A stretch of DNA of 63,114 bases, filler included, from Octopus bimaculoides (taxonomy: Eukaryota): the NCBI RefSeq assembly GCF_001194135.2. It is 7 parts of 6 records of this genome, joined end to end, with 100 filler letters (N's around TTAATTAATTAA, not from the genome) between each part and the next. Parts side by side here need not be neighbours in the genome. Positions count along the whole stretch, not along the records: positions 1 to 26,406 come from NC_068997.1; 6 more parts are not named here. One strand, given 5' to 3'. Shown piece by piece: positions 1 through 13,880 of this stretch. Both the position numbers and the translations under genes were made by a program. Each line of letters opens with the position of its first letter. Positions within the stretch are counted from its first letter, which is position 1. The notes under the pieces are model-generated. The model saw only the letters and a program-made list of their open reading frames with translations. It had not been told where the DNA came from and ran no database searches.

Positions 1-253
1 TATATATACACATATATATATATATAATTAAATAGAAGTGCATTTGAATTTAACAAAAGTGGGAAATAAGAGGACATCATGTTTGATGAATTATGTATGT
101 AGATATATTTTTCAGGCTGGAAACTTTAACTGGTTTACTTACTGAATAGTAATTAAGTTTAATACAAAACTCAAGTACTTCATTAACTACTCCTTGTTAG
201 AGTTTTCCGATCCAGTATATGCATAGAAAACGAGAGAGAGATAGAGAGATAGA

Positions 254-286
<33 letters not shown>

Positions 287-289
287 TGA

Positions 290-1590
290 TTGCAATCAGC
301 AGGGCAAGAGTTAACAATAAGATTGCTGATGAATTTAGCATACAGGTAGGGATCCATCACTGCTCTGTCCTTGCTCCTCCCTTCTTTATTTATAACCACC
401 TGGGCCATATCAGCAGTGTTTAACACTGGTTCTCCAAGTGAACTTATTTATGTTGTGACTTCTGTTCTTATCTCTAGCAGAATCTGTGGAAGATTTAATG
501 AAGAAATTCAAAATATGGCTCTTCATCTGCCGTGTGGTAATACCAAAAAAGTTCGTGGCAATTTTTCACTTGGCATTCCATTCAGAAAGCCCTGTTGGTT
601 GCAGTTTGCTCATCACTCCTGTATTGTAATTTTTGGTGCCAAAAACATGGCAAAAGACAGGACTCTTTTGTAGTCAGAGAAATGGTTCTGTACTCAGTGT
701 GTAGAAGGTGAGTAGGAAGAAACCAGACAGAGCCCAGTGCATAAACAATGGTTGCACACTAGTTTTAATGGGATCACATACAGGTTAATTGCAAAGGTAG
801 CCTTCATATGTGGCAGATGTACAAGAGAGTTAAGCACAAAAGCTATCTAGTAAATATATTTTTTTCACCTGCCTGGAAGGCTCCCTAGACATTTTTGTTA
901 TCTAGAAAGCAGCAAGTTGGCAGAATCATTATACAGACCAGGCAAAATCCAGTGCAGCATTTTAGCCATCTTTATGTTCTGAGTTCAAATTGTGTTTTGG
1001 TGAGTCATTGACACCCCTGGGGGACTAAAAGAGTGGACTAGCCAAAATCTTATAATGAGTAGTGACAAGAAGTCAGCAGAGGTTGGTAAGAGTCAGTGTG
1101 CTAGTTCCCCATTGAATTCGCATCAGACCTGGTGTGTTAGTGTGAACTGAACTCGCACCAAACCCGTAAGTTGCCATAATGGTAGTTCTTTGAATCTGAA
1201 CAGAGTGGAGAAGTTCAAGGAATTACTCTCTCTCTCTCTCTCTCACCTGGCAACAAAGCGCCTCTCCTTTTGAGTGAAGGGCATGCCATATAATGCTTGA
1301 GTATGAAGTGTGGAGTTACATGGTAGAGAAACCCAGTCTCCATATTTGCAGAGGATTTGCAAAGGCAAGATAGAAATGAGGCAAGCATGCTTGACTGGAC
1401 ATGTGATGTCATTGTGCATCAACGATGCAATATAACTGCACAAAAGACCAAAAGTGGAAACTTTTGCCTAAGAGGAATTCAATTCATTTTGGCAAGAGAG
1501 AAGACTGCATTGCACAAGCATGTGATGCATATGGTTGGTGACAGCTGCATTAAAAGGTCCTAGGCACTCAAAGTGAATGGTACCTAGAAG
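290..1590 (+). mobile_element. Degraded RTE-clade LINE (RT domain to C-terminus)
   Basis: Frameshifted peptides VGIHHCSVLAPP (GVHQGSVLSP-like), AESVEDLMKKFKIW, KQWLH..GIT.RL..FICGRC and RNEASMLDWTCDV. Many stops. Confidence 0.8.
908..995 (+). mobile_element. 5' fragment of SINE family A nested in the RTE remnant
   Basis: TTGGCAGAATCATTA...GTTCTGAGTTCAAATT matches the reverse complement of the family A head seen at 2421-2637 and 62098-62321. Confidence 0.6.
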
Positions 1591-1594
1591 GACG

Positions 1595-1636
<42 letters not shown>

Positions 1637-1654
1637 AAGCACATATACTAGGTG

Positions 1655-1850
1655 GTATCAAAAGGTTCCTGGAATAGTTCTGTTTAATAAAGAAATAACT
1701 GGTTTACCTGCATTTTAACATCATCTCCTTTGAAGTAATTACCTGTGCTGCAATACACTGGCCTCAGTATTCTTGTCACTTTTGGAATTCGGCCTGGAAG
1801 TCGTTTTCTGTAACCAAGTTAAGGACCTTTTGTGATTCGCTCTCGATCTC
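1655..1850 (-). mobile_element. Mariner transposase C-terminal remnant with probable terminal repeat
   Basis: Minus strand reads EIESESQKVLNLVTENDFQAEFQK*QEY*GQCIAAQ..YFKGDD, typical of the mariner end FQKW..RW..CI..QG.YFEGD. Confidence 0.7.
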
Positions 1851-2281
1851 ACACACAACACATACACACAACACATACACACAACACATACACACACTCA
1901 CACACCACGCAACACACAACACATACACACACACAAGCAAATGTGTATATAGTGAAATTTCCATTCACTTAACCATGAAACGATTCGTATCCAATTAACT
2001 AAAGGCTTGGTTTGTTTCCGCTTTTCCCTCTGGTTTTTTGTTCTATGTGTGCCATAAATATCGCCATCCATTTTAGAGAAAATTTGTAGTTTGGAATCAG
2101 TAGTTCTTTGACTGCTATTTCTAAATTTTCAGTATGTTGGAGAAGCAACTCAATTGCTAATCCCTGTATATTTATAATGATAAATAGTTTTACCGATAAA
2201 GGTTTTTTTCATACTGAACTACTTGGCAGAATTGTTAATTATTAATTCTATTATTAATTGACGATTCTCTGCCCTTATTCT

Positions 2282-2349
<68 letters not shown>

Positions 2350-2420
2350 CACATATACATACATACATACATATATATCATCATCATCATCATGCAACAG
2401 AAGACTGCTCTTATTATCCC

Positions 2421-2637
2421 TTTCTATTCTAGGCACAAGGCCCAAAATTTTGGGGGGAGGAGGGGGCCAGTCGATTATATCAACCCCAGCATGCAACTGG
2501 TACTAACTTATAGACCCCCAAAAGGATGAATGGCAAAGTCGACCTCGGCGGAATTTAAACTCAGAGCATAAAGTCAGACGAAATACTGCTTAAGCATTTC
2601 ACCTGGCGTGCTAACGATTCTGCCATCACACCACCTT
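2421..2637 (-). mobile_element. tRNA-derived SINE, family A, full length
   Basis: A/B-box-like head on the minus strand. 15-bp TSD GAAGA(C/A)TGCTCTTAT at 2400-2414 and 2639-2653 (1 mismatch). Multiple other copies in the window. Confidence 0.85.
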
Positions 2638-3606
2638 AGAAGAATGCTCTTATCACCACATCTGTAATGAACATCATTATGCCACAAACCCAACAACATC
2701 TTTGTCATCATCTCGAACATTATTTTAACTATTGTCTATTAACAGCACCGACCACCTGTACTTTTGGTTATCAACTGCAGCCACTCTTAACATCACTAAG
2801 AGCAGAGAAACAACATTTTACTAACAACACTTTCACAATTATAACCTCATCAACGCCAGCATTTTCATTCTCCATCTCATTCCCCAATTACTATAACACT
2901 GTCCCTTTCAGATATTTAATAAATAGATTTTTCTCACATGTCTATTCATCTACACGAGAGACAATACATACATATCCCCCAAATTTCTGGGGTTTTTTTA
3001 AATCTTTCTGATCCCTAGTCTTCTTCGATTTACGCTTCACATTACTTTCTTTATATAATTTTATTTTTTGTTCGTTTTTCTTTTTTTTGTTGTTATATTC
3101 TATTTGTTCTTTCTTTTACATTACTTTATCACATTTTTTTCTTCACCTACCCTTTCTCCCTCTTCACCGTTTCCTTTTTAGCCTGCCCCCCCCCACCTTC
3201 CTATTAGTCTCTTTGTTGAAGAAGCAAAAGTCAACACACAAGTTCAACAGTCAATACTAACTTATTGGCTCCTAACTTTTCTATCGGACACTAAAGCAAT
3301 AAAGCTGGACTTTATTTGATGATCTGAAGAGTGTAAAGATCGTCTGTCAACTAGAAGGCAATGGATATTCTTTCTGTGCTGTAGAATTATGGACTGCCTG
3401 CTGCACATGTTAAAGCAAAGAGAGAAGAATTGACTTCCCTGAGGATTTCTGTCAGAGCTTTCCGATTTTATTGATGCAAACTGTGTTGTATCTTTAGGGA
3501 AAATTAACAGTCTTTTCTATATGTTACAACCAAATCCACGTTTATTATTATTCCCTACGACTACCGCTGTTGCTGCTGCTACTGCTGCTACTACTACTAC
3601 TACTAC

Positions 3607-3642
<36 letters not shown>

Positions 3643-3790
3643 TAATAATGATTTCATTTGTTTGCCACCAGGGCGAAGGATGAGGTGAACAATCCAAAGA
3701 CAGACATAAAGTTTGTACATGGGGGTGGGGGTACATATAATGAAATGATAAAATAGTTACAAAAAAAAAAATAATAGCAACAGTAATAAT

Positions 3791-3861
<71 letters not shown>

Positions 3862-6296
3862 TAATAGTAGTGAGAACTGCAACAGTAAGAACAATATACA
3901 AACAGCTCTGTTACTATTGTCACCATCAGTGCCATTAAAATCACCATCGTCATTGCTGTCGTTGTCATCGTGGTTGTTGTCATCATCGTCATCATCGTTA
4001 TTATCCTCATTATCATAATTACTATCTACGTCATGAACTTCAGTGGTGATATCGCTGCTTATAGTATTATCTTGTTATAAATCTTGTTATAAATCATTAT
4101 TAAAAAAAATCAAAATCTTAGGAATTCTCTTTCTTATCATCATTATCTTCACCACCACCACCACCACTACCACAACCACCATTGCTGTTGTTGCTGCCAG
4201 TGCAACACCACCACTACCCCCACTAATACTGCTACCTCCACCATTATCACCATTATACACTAACATTCCAATAATCTCGGTGTGCATTATCATTATAATC
4301 TTCATCTCCATCCTATAAAATTCTACCACTACATTCATAATCATTTGCGCATCATTACAACCATTAACATCAGCGCTCTCATTTTAATTAACATTTTCAT
4401 GGTAATTACCACCACCACCACCACTACCTTTGTTACTGTCATCATAATCATTCTAATCATCGTCATAGGTTATGCTACACTTACCATTATCAATACCATC
4501 TTCAGCATCATCATTTCCAGCATTTATTTTCCTCGTGCCAAGCAAGGGTGAAACAGTTCCTGCTGCTGTACACAAGCAAGCATACCAGACACAAGTTCTT
4601 GTATGCCGTCAGCTAGACAGTTATCCATCATGTCAGAGAAATGTAATATCATTGTTGCCTCTGACCATTTGACATCTTAGTAAACTTTGTTGCTATATGT
4701 GTAGCGGCGGGGCTGTATGTAATAGACATGCTTTTGCTTGTCATCCAACATCGCTACTGCCATAGAATGGAACAAATATCTCGACAGCATAGTCACATGG
4801 ATGTTCGTAGCAGAATATATAGTCTGTTGGAGTTTCAGGGAGGGAAACCAAGAATGATTCTATCATGATAGCTAAATTAAATAATTGGAATTAGGAAACA
4901 AAGTACTGAGAAACATAAATGACATAAACAAGATTTTATTCCGGTTTCGAAAGCATTGATCTGATAAGAAGCGATGGAAGATATTACATATCACATTTTT
5001 CCTCTTTCTTTTAATTTTTCTTTTTCTTTTTTTCCTGTTTTTAGTTTTCTGTTTCCTTTCTCTAATTCTTGATTTCTTTTCTAACAAGTCAGTTGAAGCT
5101 ACTTCACAGGCATACAACATCCTTTCACACAACCAATTTTCAAGTATCATTAAAATGAAAATTACATGTCATAGACTAAAGTCTTAGGGATAACATTCTT
5201 GTATTAAAAAACAAAATAACGATGGTCCTTCTTAGAAGATTATCACATATATTGTTCACCAATGTTAGGGATTAAATTATCCAGCAAATCAAACTGCTTG
5301 CATGAATTCTTATTTATTTATTCATTTATTTATTTATTCATCTATATACATATGTATATTACTGTTATACTTGTGTTCTTGCCTCTAACCATTCATTAGT
5401 TATTGTGAATCAAACTCTTTTCTTAATGTATTTAAAGCATAGATACTGTTACATTGAACATTATGATCTTCATAGAAAATAATAAGATTGTTGATCGTTG
5501 TAATTATGTTTATTGCACAGCAGCAAGCAGTGTGGTGGATGTATATTGTGAGTGAGATGTTAACACACTTGTACACTACTCATACTTTTCCCCACATTTT
5601 CTGCATAGTTTGCAAACATATTACGCTGTCATTTAAACATGGCATTTCATGTACCTAACTACAATGTTTAACACTTTCCATGTCAATAACCATAGTGTTC
5701 TTCTGCATTACTTAAAACTGCCGTATAGCTAGAAACCAGAGATGAAGATATTATCTCCATTCTAAGCAACTAGCTAACCTCTGCTTCAAAGTCTTTCATA
5801 TGGACATTCATAGTAACAGAGATTACATATAATAGCTTTGATATGTTTCCCTACCATCATCACTCCTTCCTCCAACATATCCAAATAAGTGTCATAGCTT
5901 TTTGGCCTGTATATTTGCTTGCCAGATGACTTAACTGAGCGTCTACTTTGTTACCTCAAAAACTACTAAAGTAAGGAAGTTCAAATTTTGTGTTAAAGTT
6001 AACCAGAACAAACGCTTTAATAATTTTGCTTATATTTTCCTAAATGTTGTTTTGTTAGTGAGTGAGTAACTCAGATATTAAATACATGCACGAACTTTAT
6101 TCAGCATGCTCTATGTTGGCCAAACTATTGGTTATACAAAAATGGAAAATCAGCTGCATTGAAGTCAAGTTACGATAGAAATATTTCTTCAGAAGTTATC
6201 ATTTATACGGTAGTAATACAAGCTACATTCAAATACTATGTATGCATCTAGGGAAACTTCGTTCTACCTTCATTCCTTACATGTACACGTGATTAA

Positions 6297-6517
6297 CCCT
6301 TTCGTTACCAGCCCGGCTGAAACCGGCTCTGGCTCTGTAGTACAAATGTCTTGTTTACATAAGTTTTGAATTAAAATCTTCCACCAAACCTTAGTCACAA
6401 TTTATGTTCCTAATACTAGCTGAATGATAACTTAGTTATTTTACTAAATTCTTTGCTGTATTTAAAGTAATTGAAAGAAACACAGAGCATCTCAAAATAA
6501 ATACAGTAACGAAAGGG
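6297..6517. mobile_element. piggyBac-type MITE, 221 bp
   Basis: Perfect 12-bp TIRs CCCTTTCGTTAC / GTAACGAAAGGG, flanked by TTAA on both sides (6293-6296, 6518-6521). Confidence 0.85.
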
Positions 6518-6639
6518 TTAATGTAATTCCTTCTCATTATAAAATAAAATGTGAGAAGTTATATATCTAATGCAGCTCTCTTTCTCTCACCTTCTCACCC
6601 TCTCTCTGGTCTTGCTCAATGGGGCTGGGGTTATTCCCC

Positions 6640-7215
6640 CGGTTATTAGTCTCAGGAGCCTTATCGTACACAAAGCCAACCGAGTCCTACATTGCTAGTT
6701 GTCCTGTGCCAGCCCCTCTACATCCTCCAAGGTGGCATTGAAGTTCTTGAGATCTTCCTTAATCATGTCCAGCCATCTGGTGTGAGGCCTGCTGCCAGGA
6801 CCTTTCCCAGCCTGCAGTTGCTATGTCGAATATGAGCAAAGCTCTGGTAGGATGACCTAACAGAAGGCAGAGGGCATGTCCATACTAGAACATGAAGCAG
6901 ATGGCCATGTGGCAGGAGGCTGCAGGCTGATGAATGCGTGCATGCAGCTCTTCATTGGAACTGTAATGGTACCATCTGATGTTCTCAACAGTCCCCAGGG
7001 GTCTGCTGTTGAGGCTATCAATCCTCTTTGCCAAGATCTTTGTGAGGGGCCATGTTACTCTTCCATAGAGGAGAACAAAGAGGACCAATGCATTGTAAAT
7101 GTGAAACTTCATCTTCTGAGAGATAGAGCAGTGGTGCCAAAGGGGCTTCCATGGGGAGTGCATGACCCCAGCAGCCAGGCCACACCTGCAGTTGATCTCA
7201 GAGGTTAGGTTTCAA
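6640..7215 (-). mobile_element. RTE-clade LINE 3' remnant
   Basis: Peptide KFHIYNALVLFVLLYGRVTWPLTKILAKRIDS..NIRWYHYSSNEELHARIHQP is typical of the post-RT region of RTE elements. Confidence 0.8.
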
Positions 7216-7369
7216 TGTGGCTCTACCCATTTTTACAGAATTTTACAATGAGGAATACAATATTTAAATAATGAAGTGATGCCAACACTATTTTACAGAG
7301 TGTAGTGGATGTTTTTACACAGCACTGGCATGGGTACTTTTTATGCGGCACCAGGGATGCTCAGCTGAC

Positions 7370-7575
7370 CAGGGTTGCAGGGGACAAGCCTTTTATTTAG
7401 CTTGATGTGTCCTTCCAAGCACAGCAAACTGTCAGGAATCCTTGCTGTGAATCCCGACGTCTGTAGATCCTTTCTCACCATTTCGTCTCATGTCTTCCTG
7501 GGTCTACCCCTTCCACATGTTCCCTCTACAATTAGAGGTCAGTACTTCTTGATGCAACTGTCTTCATTTATAATA
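7370..7575 (-). mobile_element. RTE LINE 3'-terminal fragment
   Basis: Minus strand encodes a GRGRPRKT-like terminal motif (GGAAGGGGTAGACCCAGGAAGACA). Confidence 0.6.
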
Positions 7576-7819
7576 TCATTCTAATATTTTGCAGACAAGA
7601 AAGTAAGGTTCAAACGCAGTAAAGCAGTAATAACAGCAGAGAAAGATTGGATATTTACCCTTAAAAGATGGTAAAAAGTTACCAACAGGTGGCAAACACT
7701 CAGTCTTTCTCTGCTGTTCTTACAGCTTTACTGTGTTTGAAACTTAGTTTCCTTTTTTCTATCAAATACCATCCTCATTCAATGCTTCCAAATTTTGTTT
7801 ATAAAATGGGTCATTGCCA

Positions 7820-8185
7820 GAGCTGCCTGACTGGCTCCCCGTGCTGGTGGCATGTAAAAAGCACCATCCAAAAGTGGTCGATGCCAGCCACCCCCTGCCC
7901 CGAATGGCTCCTGTGCTGGTGGCGCGTAAAAAGCACCATCCAAACGTGGCTGATACCAGTGCCACCTGACTGGCTCCAATGCCAGTGGTATGTAAAACAG
8001 CACCCATTACACTCTCAGAGTGGTTGGCGTTAGGAAGGGCATCCAGGTGTAGAAACATTGCCAGATCAGGTTGGAGCCTGGTGTGGCCTCTTGGCTTGCC
8101 AGTCCCCAGTCAAACCATCCAACCCATGCCAGCATGGGAAACGGACATTAAACGACGACGATGATGATAATGATGATGATGATGA
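7820..8185 (+). mobile_element. Short interspersed repeat with (GAT)n tail and internal repeated GTAAAAAGCACC units
   Basis: GGCGTTAGGAAGGGCATCCAG motif, three internal subrepeats and a GAT tail. Related fragments at ~7290-7350, ~16255-16350 and ~34630-34760. Confidence 0.65.
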
Positions 8186-8217
8186 AAATGTTGACACATT
8201 CTAATATGTATATAAAT

Positions 8218-8500
8218 GTGAGGGCAACATGGCCTAGTTGTTAGGGCTTTGCACTCATGATTCTGAGATCACAGGTTCAATTCTTAGAACCAGGCAGTGC
8301 ATCATGTTCTTGAGCAAAAGGTACCATGTATCACATTGATCTATGATCACTTTGACATCTGATGTGTAGCATACCCATGCACCTGTACAGGTAATGTGGA
8401 TTTGATGGAGATAGCAAGCTTATGTGTGCAGCATAAACATTTGATCACAATAAACAAATCATTTGTGCAGGATGTTCTGCAAGGAACTGCAGAACCATCT
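8218..8500 (+). mobile_element. tRNA-headed SINE-like repeat
   Basis: TGGCCTAGTTGTTAGG (A box) and CAGGTTCAATTC (B box), followed by a GTTCTTGAGCAA core motif shared with 27841-28005. Confidence 0.55.
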
Positions 8501-9108
8501 TTCCCAAACCCGAGAGACTACCATACACACATGCACACAAAGAAATTCATAAATGCATAAAAAAAAAGGGATTTACCTGTAATAGATCAATGCCTTAACC
8601 AAAGGGTGATTTATCTCCCATCTACTTATTGTTATGGCATAAAGATATAAACACTAACAGTATGAATCCTTGTGATACAGGAAAGGATAAACTAGCAGCT
8701 ATCTATTACCTAGTCTCTTTCTTTTTTTCTTTTTTCCTTGTTCTTCTTCTTTCATTTATTCTATTATCTTTATCCCCAGATATTTCATACATATATTGTT
8801 TCTGTTTCTATCATCAATTTTTCGTAGATATTTTAAAATTCCACTCTTCCATTTAGCCATATTCCAACAGTTCGCTTCTCTCTCTTCTCCACAGTCATAT
8901 CTCTTCTACTCGATTTCAATTCTGTTATAGAATTTTTTTTGTTTTTGTTTTTGGTGGTGGGGTTGCTCCGTTTTTCTTTTCCTATGTGCTACTAGTAATA
9001 TCTTTATCATTTCTGATATGCCAACCCTTTTTCATTCTGTACCTTCCTTTCAATCCATCATAATTTTTGCTGACCTCACTTCTTTTGCTCTCATACTTAT
9101 ATGGTCTT

Positions 9109-9141
<33 letters not shown>

Positions 9142-9154
9142 TTATTACAGAGAA

Positions 9155-9598
9155 CAGGCGTGGCTATATGGAAAGAAGTTTGCTTCCTAACCACATGGTT
9201 CCAGGTTCAGTCCTACCACATGGTACCTTGGACAACTGTCTTCTACTATAGCCTCGGGCCAACCAAAACCTTGGTGCACAGAAACTGAAAGGATCCTGTT
9301 GTATATATGTGTGTGCCTCAGGCTGACCAAAGCCTTGTGAGTGGATTTGGTAATCAGAAAATGTATATATATATGTATATATGTGTGTGTATGTGTTTAT
9401 GTGCATGTGTTTGTTCCCCCAACATCGCTTAACCAACGATGCTGGTGTGTTTACGTCCCTGCAACTTAGGGAGACCGTTAGAATAAGTACTAGGCTTCCA
9501 AAGAATAAGTCCTGGGGTCGATTTTCTTGACTAAAGGTGGTGCTCCNNNNNNNNNNTCAAATGACTGAAACAAGTAAAAGAATATAAGAGTAAAGAGT
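9155..9598 (+). mobile_element. SINE family B, near full length
   Basis: Matches the copies at 53070-53480 and 57738-58154 along the length. Ends CAAATGACTGAAACAAGTAAAAG. Confidence 0.85.
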
Positions 9599-11039
9599 AT
9601 GCGTAAAATACGCATACACATGTAGGTATGTGCACAACCATGAATGTGATTGAATATTGACATGCCATACCTGTCACCAGTTGAACAAAGTAGATGCGAT
9701 GTTGATGTTACCTGATGATATTACATACGAATGGTCGCTCTGCAATTCGAAGAACTCTAGAATACAAAATCCCTCATTTGAAAACAGGTAAGAGTTAATG
9801 ACAAGAGGAGCAGTTAGCCATGAAATCCTGCATCAAAATATCTCCCTTCCCTGTCCAAGCCAATGTTAGGCATAGAAAAAACAGCTGTTAAATGAATGAA
9901 GATATTATTTTAAATGAATAAAAGTTTTAATTTCTCTCATCATTCAAAATTAATTAATTAAATACATAGCCATTAAATAGCATTCAATGGGCCTATTGTA
10001 CTTCATAATAGCCACCTTCCCACCAACACAATTGTTGGGGTCTTTAATATCTTCTCCCTTTCTTTCTCCCGCTCCTTCCATCTCTTTCTCTCTTTCCGAT
10101 CCTCTTAATTCTCCCTGTTCATTCATACTCGTAATTTATCAGTTTTTTTCAAAGCTTAGCCTAGCCTCTGTTTATTTCTTTTCATCATTATTAGAACTTC
10201 ATTAATATTATTATTAATATTATCAACATTCCTATCATCATTATTATTGTTTTAATTGTCTTTTTTTAATGCCAGCGCGAGCTGTATATTGTTATCATTA
10301 TCAGCCTATTTGCTTAATATATATATATATATGTATATATATATGTATGCATATACATATATACATATATATGAATATATATAAACATACATGCATACAT
10401 ACATATATACACATATATATATATATACATACATATATATACACATCTATATACATATATTTTTACATACATATACATATATGCATATATATATACATAT
10501 ACATACATAAATATACATATGTACAAGTACACACACAAACACACACATACACACACACTCACACTGCTTTCTTTTATAACAAAATAGAAGGAAAAAATTT
10601 TCTTTCATTCATTAATTTTGTTTTGTTCTTTGTGTTATGTTCTGTTGCTTTGATTTCATTTATTTTTCAATGGTAGATTCTTCCCTCGTCACCACCACCA
10701 CCACCACTATCACCCCCACCACCGCCGCTATCACTGCCACCACCAACGACTTTAATTTTTCAATAGAACAGGAAGAAGAACAAACCAGAGCAAAAGAAAA
10801 AATTGTGAAATATAAAAGAAAAAAAAATAAAGATTATTTGCAGGTAAAAGCAAAGAAAGAATATAATAAAAAATAAAAGAAATTGTGGAAAATAAAAACA
10901 AAAATTGAAAGTGGCAATTAATACTTGTCTAATTGTATCCAGTTTTAAATCATATTCTAATGAGGTCAAGCCAATCAGTTGAGGGCTCATTGGGGAAAAT
11001 GTTCAATTGCTTAGCTACATCTTTACAAAAGAAAGGAAA

Positions 11040-11051
11040 GCAAATAATAAA

Positions 11052-11098
<47 letters not shown>

Positions 11099-11100
11099 TG

Positions 11101-11133
<33 letters not shown>

Positions 11134-11155
11134 GTAATAATTATTATTATAATAG

Positions 11156-11192
<37 letters not shown>

Positions 11193-11420
11193 AGTGATAA
11201 TGATAATAAATGAAATGGAAAATATAACGAACACCTAAATAATAATAAAACTAAAACAAAAATATAAAAAAACATTGAAATATCATCAATGAAAACAAGA
11301 AGAAGAACCACTTCATTTATAATAATTATGAATAATTATTGTGTTGATAATAATGCTATGAAATGAAATTAAACGAAATTTAATGAAAAGTAAATGAGGA
11401 AAGAAAATGCAAAGCTAAAA

Positions 11421-11503
<83 letters not shown>

Positions 11504-11677
11504 TAATAATAATAACAATAATAATAATAATAATAACAATAATAATAATAATGAAATGTAATAATAATAATAATAATAATAATGAAATGTAATAATAATA
11601 ATAATAACAATAATAATAATAATGAAATGTAATAATAATAATAATAATAATAATAACAATAATAATAATAATGAAAT

Positions 11678-11726
<49 letters not shown>

Positions 11727-11750
11727 TAATAATAATAATAATAATGAAAT

Positions 11751-11811
<61 letters not shown>

Positions 11812-11880
11812 AATGTTATAATAATAATAATAATAATAATAATGATAATAATGAAATGTAATAATAATAATGATAATGAT
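11040..11880. repeat. Compound (AAT)n microsatellite field with GAAATGT interruptions
   Basis: Direct reading of the sequence. Confidence 0.95.
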
Positions 11881-12069
11881 GAAGATGATGAGATGTAATA
11901 ATGATAATGAATAGATGAATAAGAAAAAAGAGATTAAAAAAACAAAAGTAGTTAGAATAACAAAGCAGGAAAATTAAGCAAATAAAAAGACAATAAAACA
12001 AATGAAGAAAATCCTGCAGTAAGACTTCTAAAGAATTGCTGAAAATTATCTGAGGACAAACTGTTAAGA

Positions 12070-12099
12070 CTGTTGCTGCTGCTGCTGCTGGTGGTGTTG

Positions 12100-12140
<41 letters not shown>

Positions 12141-12221
12141 TGCGGTGGTGGTGGTGGTTGTGGTGTTTGTGGTGGTGGTGGTGGTGGTAAAAGTGGTGGC
12201 AGCAGTAGCAGTAGTAGTAGC

Positions 12222-12258
<37 letters not shown>

Positions 12259-12382
12259 ATGGAGGTGGTGGCGGTAGTAGTAGCAATAGTAGTGGTGGTA
12301 GTGGTGGTGGTTATGATGGTGGTGGTGATGGTGGTGGTGGTGGTGGCAGTGGTGGTATTAGAAGCAGTAGTAGTAGTAGTAT

Positions 12383-12434
<52 letters not shown>

Positions 12435-13880
12435 NNNNNNNNNNNNNNNNNNNNNNNNNNNNNNNNNNNNNNNNNNNNNNNNNNNNNNNNNNNNNNNNNN
12501 NNNNNNNNNNNNNNNNNNNNNNNNNNNNNNNNNNNNNNNNNNNNNNNNNNNNNNNNNNNNNNNNNNNNNNNNNNNNNNNNNNNNNNNNNNNNNNNNNNNN
12601 NNNNNNNNNNNNNNNNNNNNNNNNNNNNNNNNNNNNNNNNNNNNNNNNNNNNNNNNNNNNNNNNNNNNNNNNNNNNNNNNNNNNNNNNNNNNNNNNNNNN
12701 NNNNNNNNNNNNNNNNNNNNNNNNNNNNNNNNNNNNNNNNNNNNNNNNNNNNNNNNNNNNNNNNNNNNNNNNNNNNNNNNNNNNNNNNNNNNNNNNNNNN
12801 NNNNNNNNNNNNNNNNNNNNNNNNNNNNNNNNNNNNNNNNNNNNNNNNNNNNNNNNNNNNNNNNNNNNNNNNNNNNNNNNNNNNNNNNNNNNNNNNNNNN
12901 NNNNNNNNNNNNNNNNNNNNNNNNNNNNNNNNNNNNNNNNNNNNNNNNNNNNNNNNNNNNNNNNNNNNNNNNNNNNNNNNNNNNNNNNNNNNNNNNNNNN
13001 NNNNNNNNNNNNNNNNNNNNNNNNNNNNNNNNNNNNNNNNNNNNNNNNNNNNNNNNNNNNNNNNNNNNNNNNNNNNNNNNNNNNNNNNNNNNNNNNNNNN
13101 NNNNNNNNNNNNNNNNNNNNNNNNNNNNNNNNNNNNNNNNNNNNNNNNNNNNNNNNNNNNNNNNNNNNNNNNNNNNNNNNNNNNNNNNNNNNNNNNNNNN
13201 NNNNNNNNNNNNNNNNNNNNNNNNNNNNNNNNNNNNNNNNNNNNNNNNNNNNNNNNNNNNNNNNNNNNNNNNNNNNNNNNNNNNNNNNNNNNNNNNNNNN
13301 NNNGCTGATGGTGTTGATGATGGAGTTGATGGCAGTGATTATGATGATGATGATGGTGATGATGATGATTATGGAGAGCATGTCAACAAAGGTAATGATA
13401 GCAATGACGATGACGGTAATTGTCATGGTAGTGAGGATGGTGATTATGATGATGATGATGATGATGATGACGACGACGACGAAGATGGTCAAGGTGATAG
13501 CAGTGATGATGATGACAACGATGATGATTATGATGATAGCAATAGTGACGACTGTGGCGCACCATGACAACAATGCTGATGACAACATCAACGACAATGA
13601 CAACGACGGTGTCGACAGTGATGATAATGATGATGATGATGATGATATAATGACGATGATGACGGCAAGGGGTATGATCAACATAATCATTGTGGTTTGA
13701 TAATAGCAGTGTTGGTAAACATTGACCATGACAATGATCACAGTGACAATGACAGTTGATGATGACGGCAATGATGATGACGACGATGAAGATGATGACG
13801 ATGACAAAAACGATTATAGTAAAAATTCTGATATTGATGATATTGCTGTTGTTGTTGTTGTTGTTCTGATGGTGGTGGTG
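12070..13880. repeat. Mosaic trinucleotide repeats (AGT/GGT/GAT/GAC) around an ~870-N gap
   Basis: Direct reading. Explains the 390-533 aa pseudo-ORFs. Confidence 0.95.

Noticed and set aside
3315-3345. Second hammerhead (CTGAAGA...AAAGATCGTC), and CTGATGA at ~54362
   Set aside because: No stem II/GAAA arrangement or valid stem III can be built. At most these are decayed Penelope-like remnants.
4690-5975. Possible exons in unique sequence (minus 4690-4870; plus ~5926-5970 DLTERLLCYLKNY*)
   Set aside because: Splice-like signals exist, but I recognise no protein similarity and find no consistent phase chain. RNA-seq is needed.
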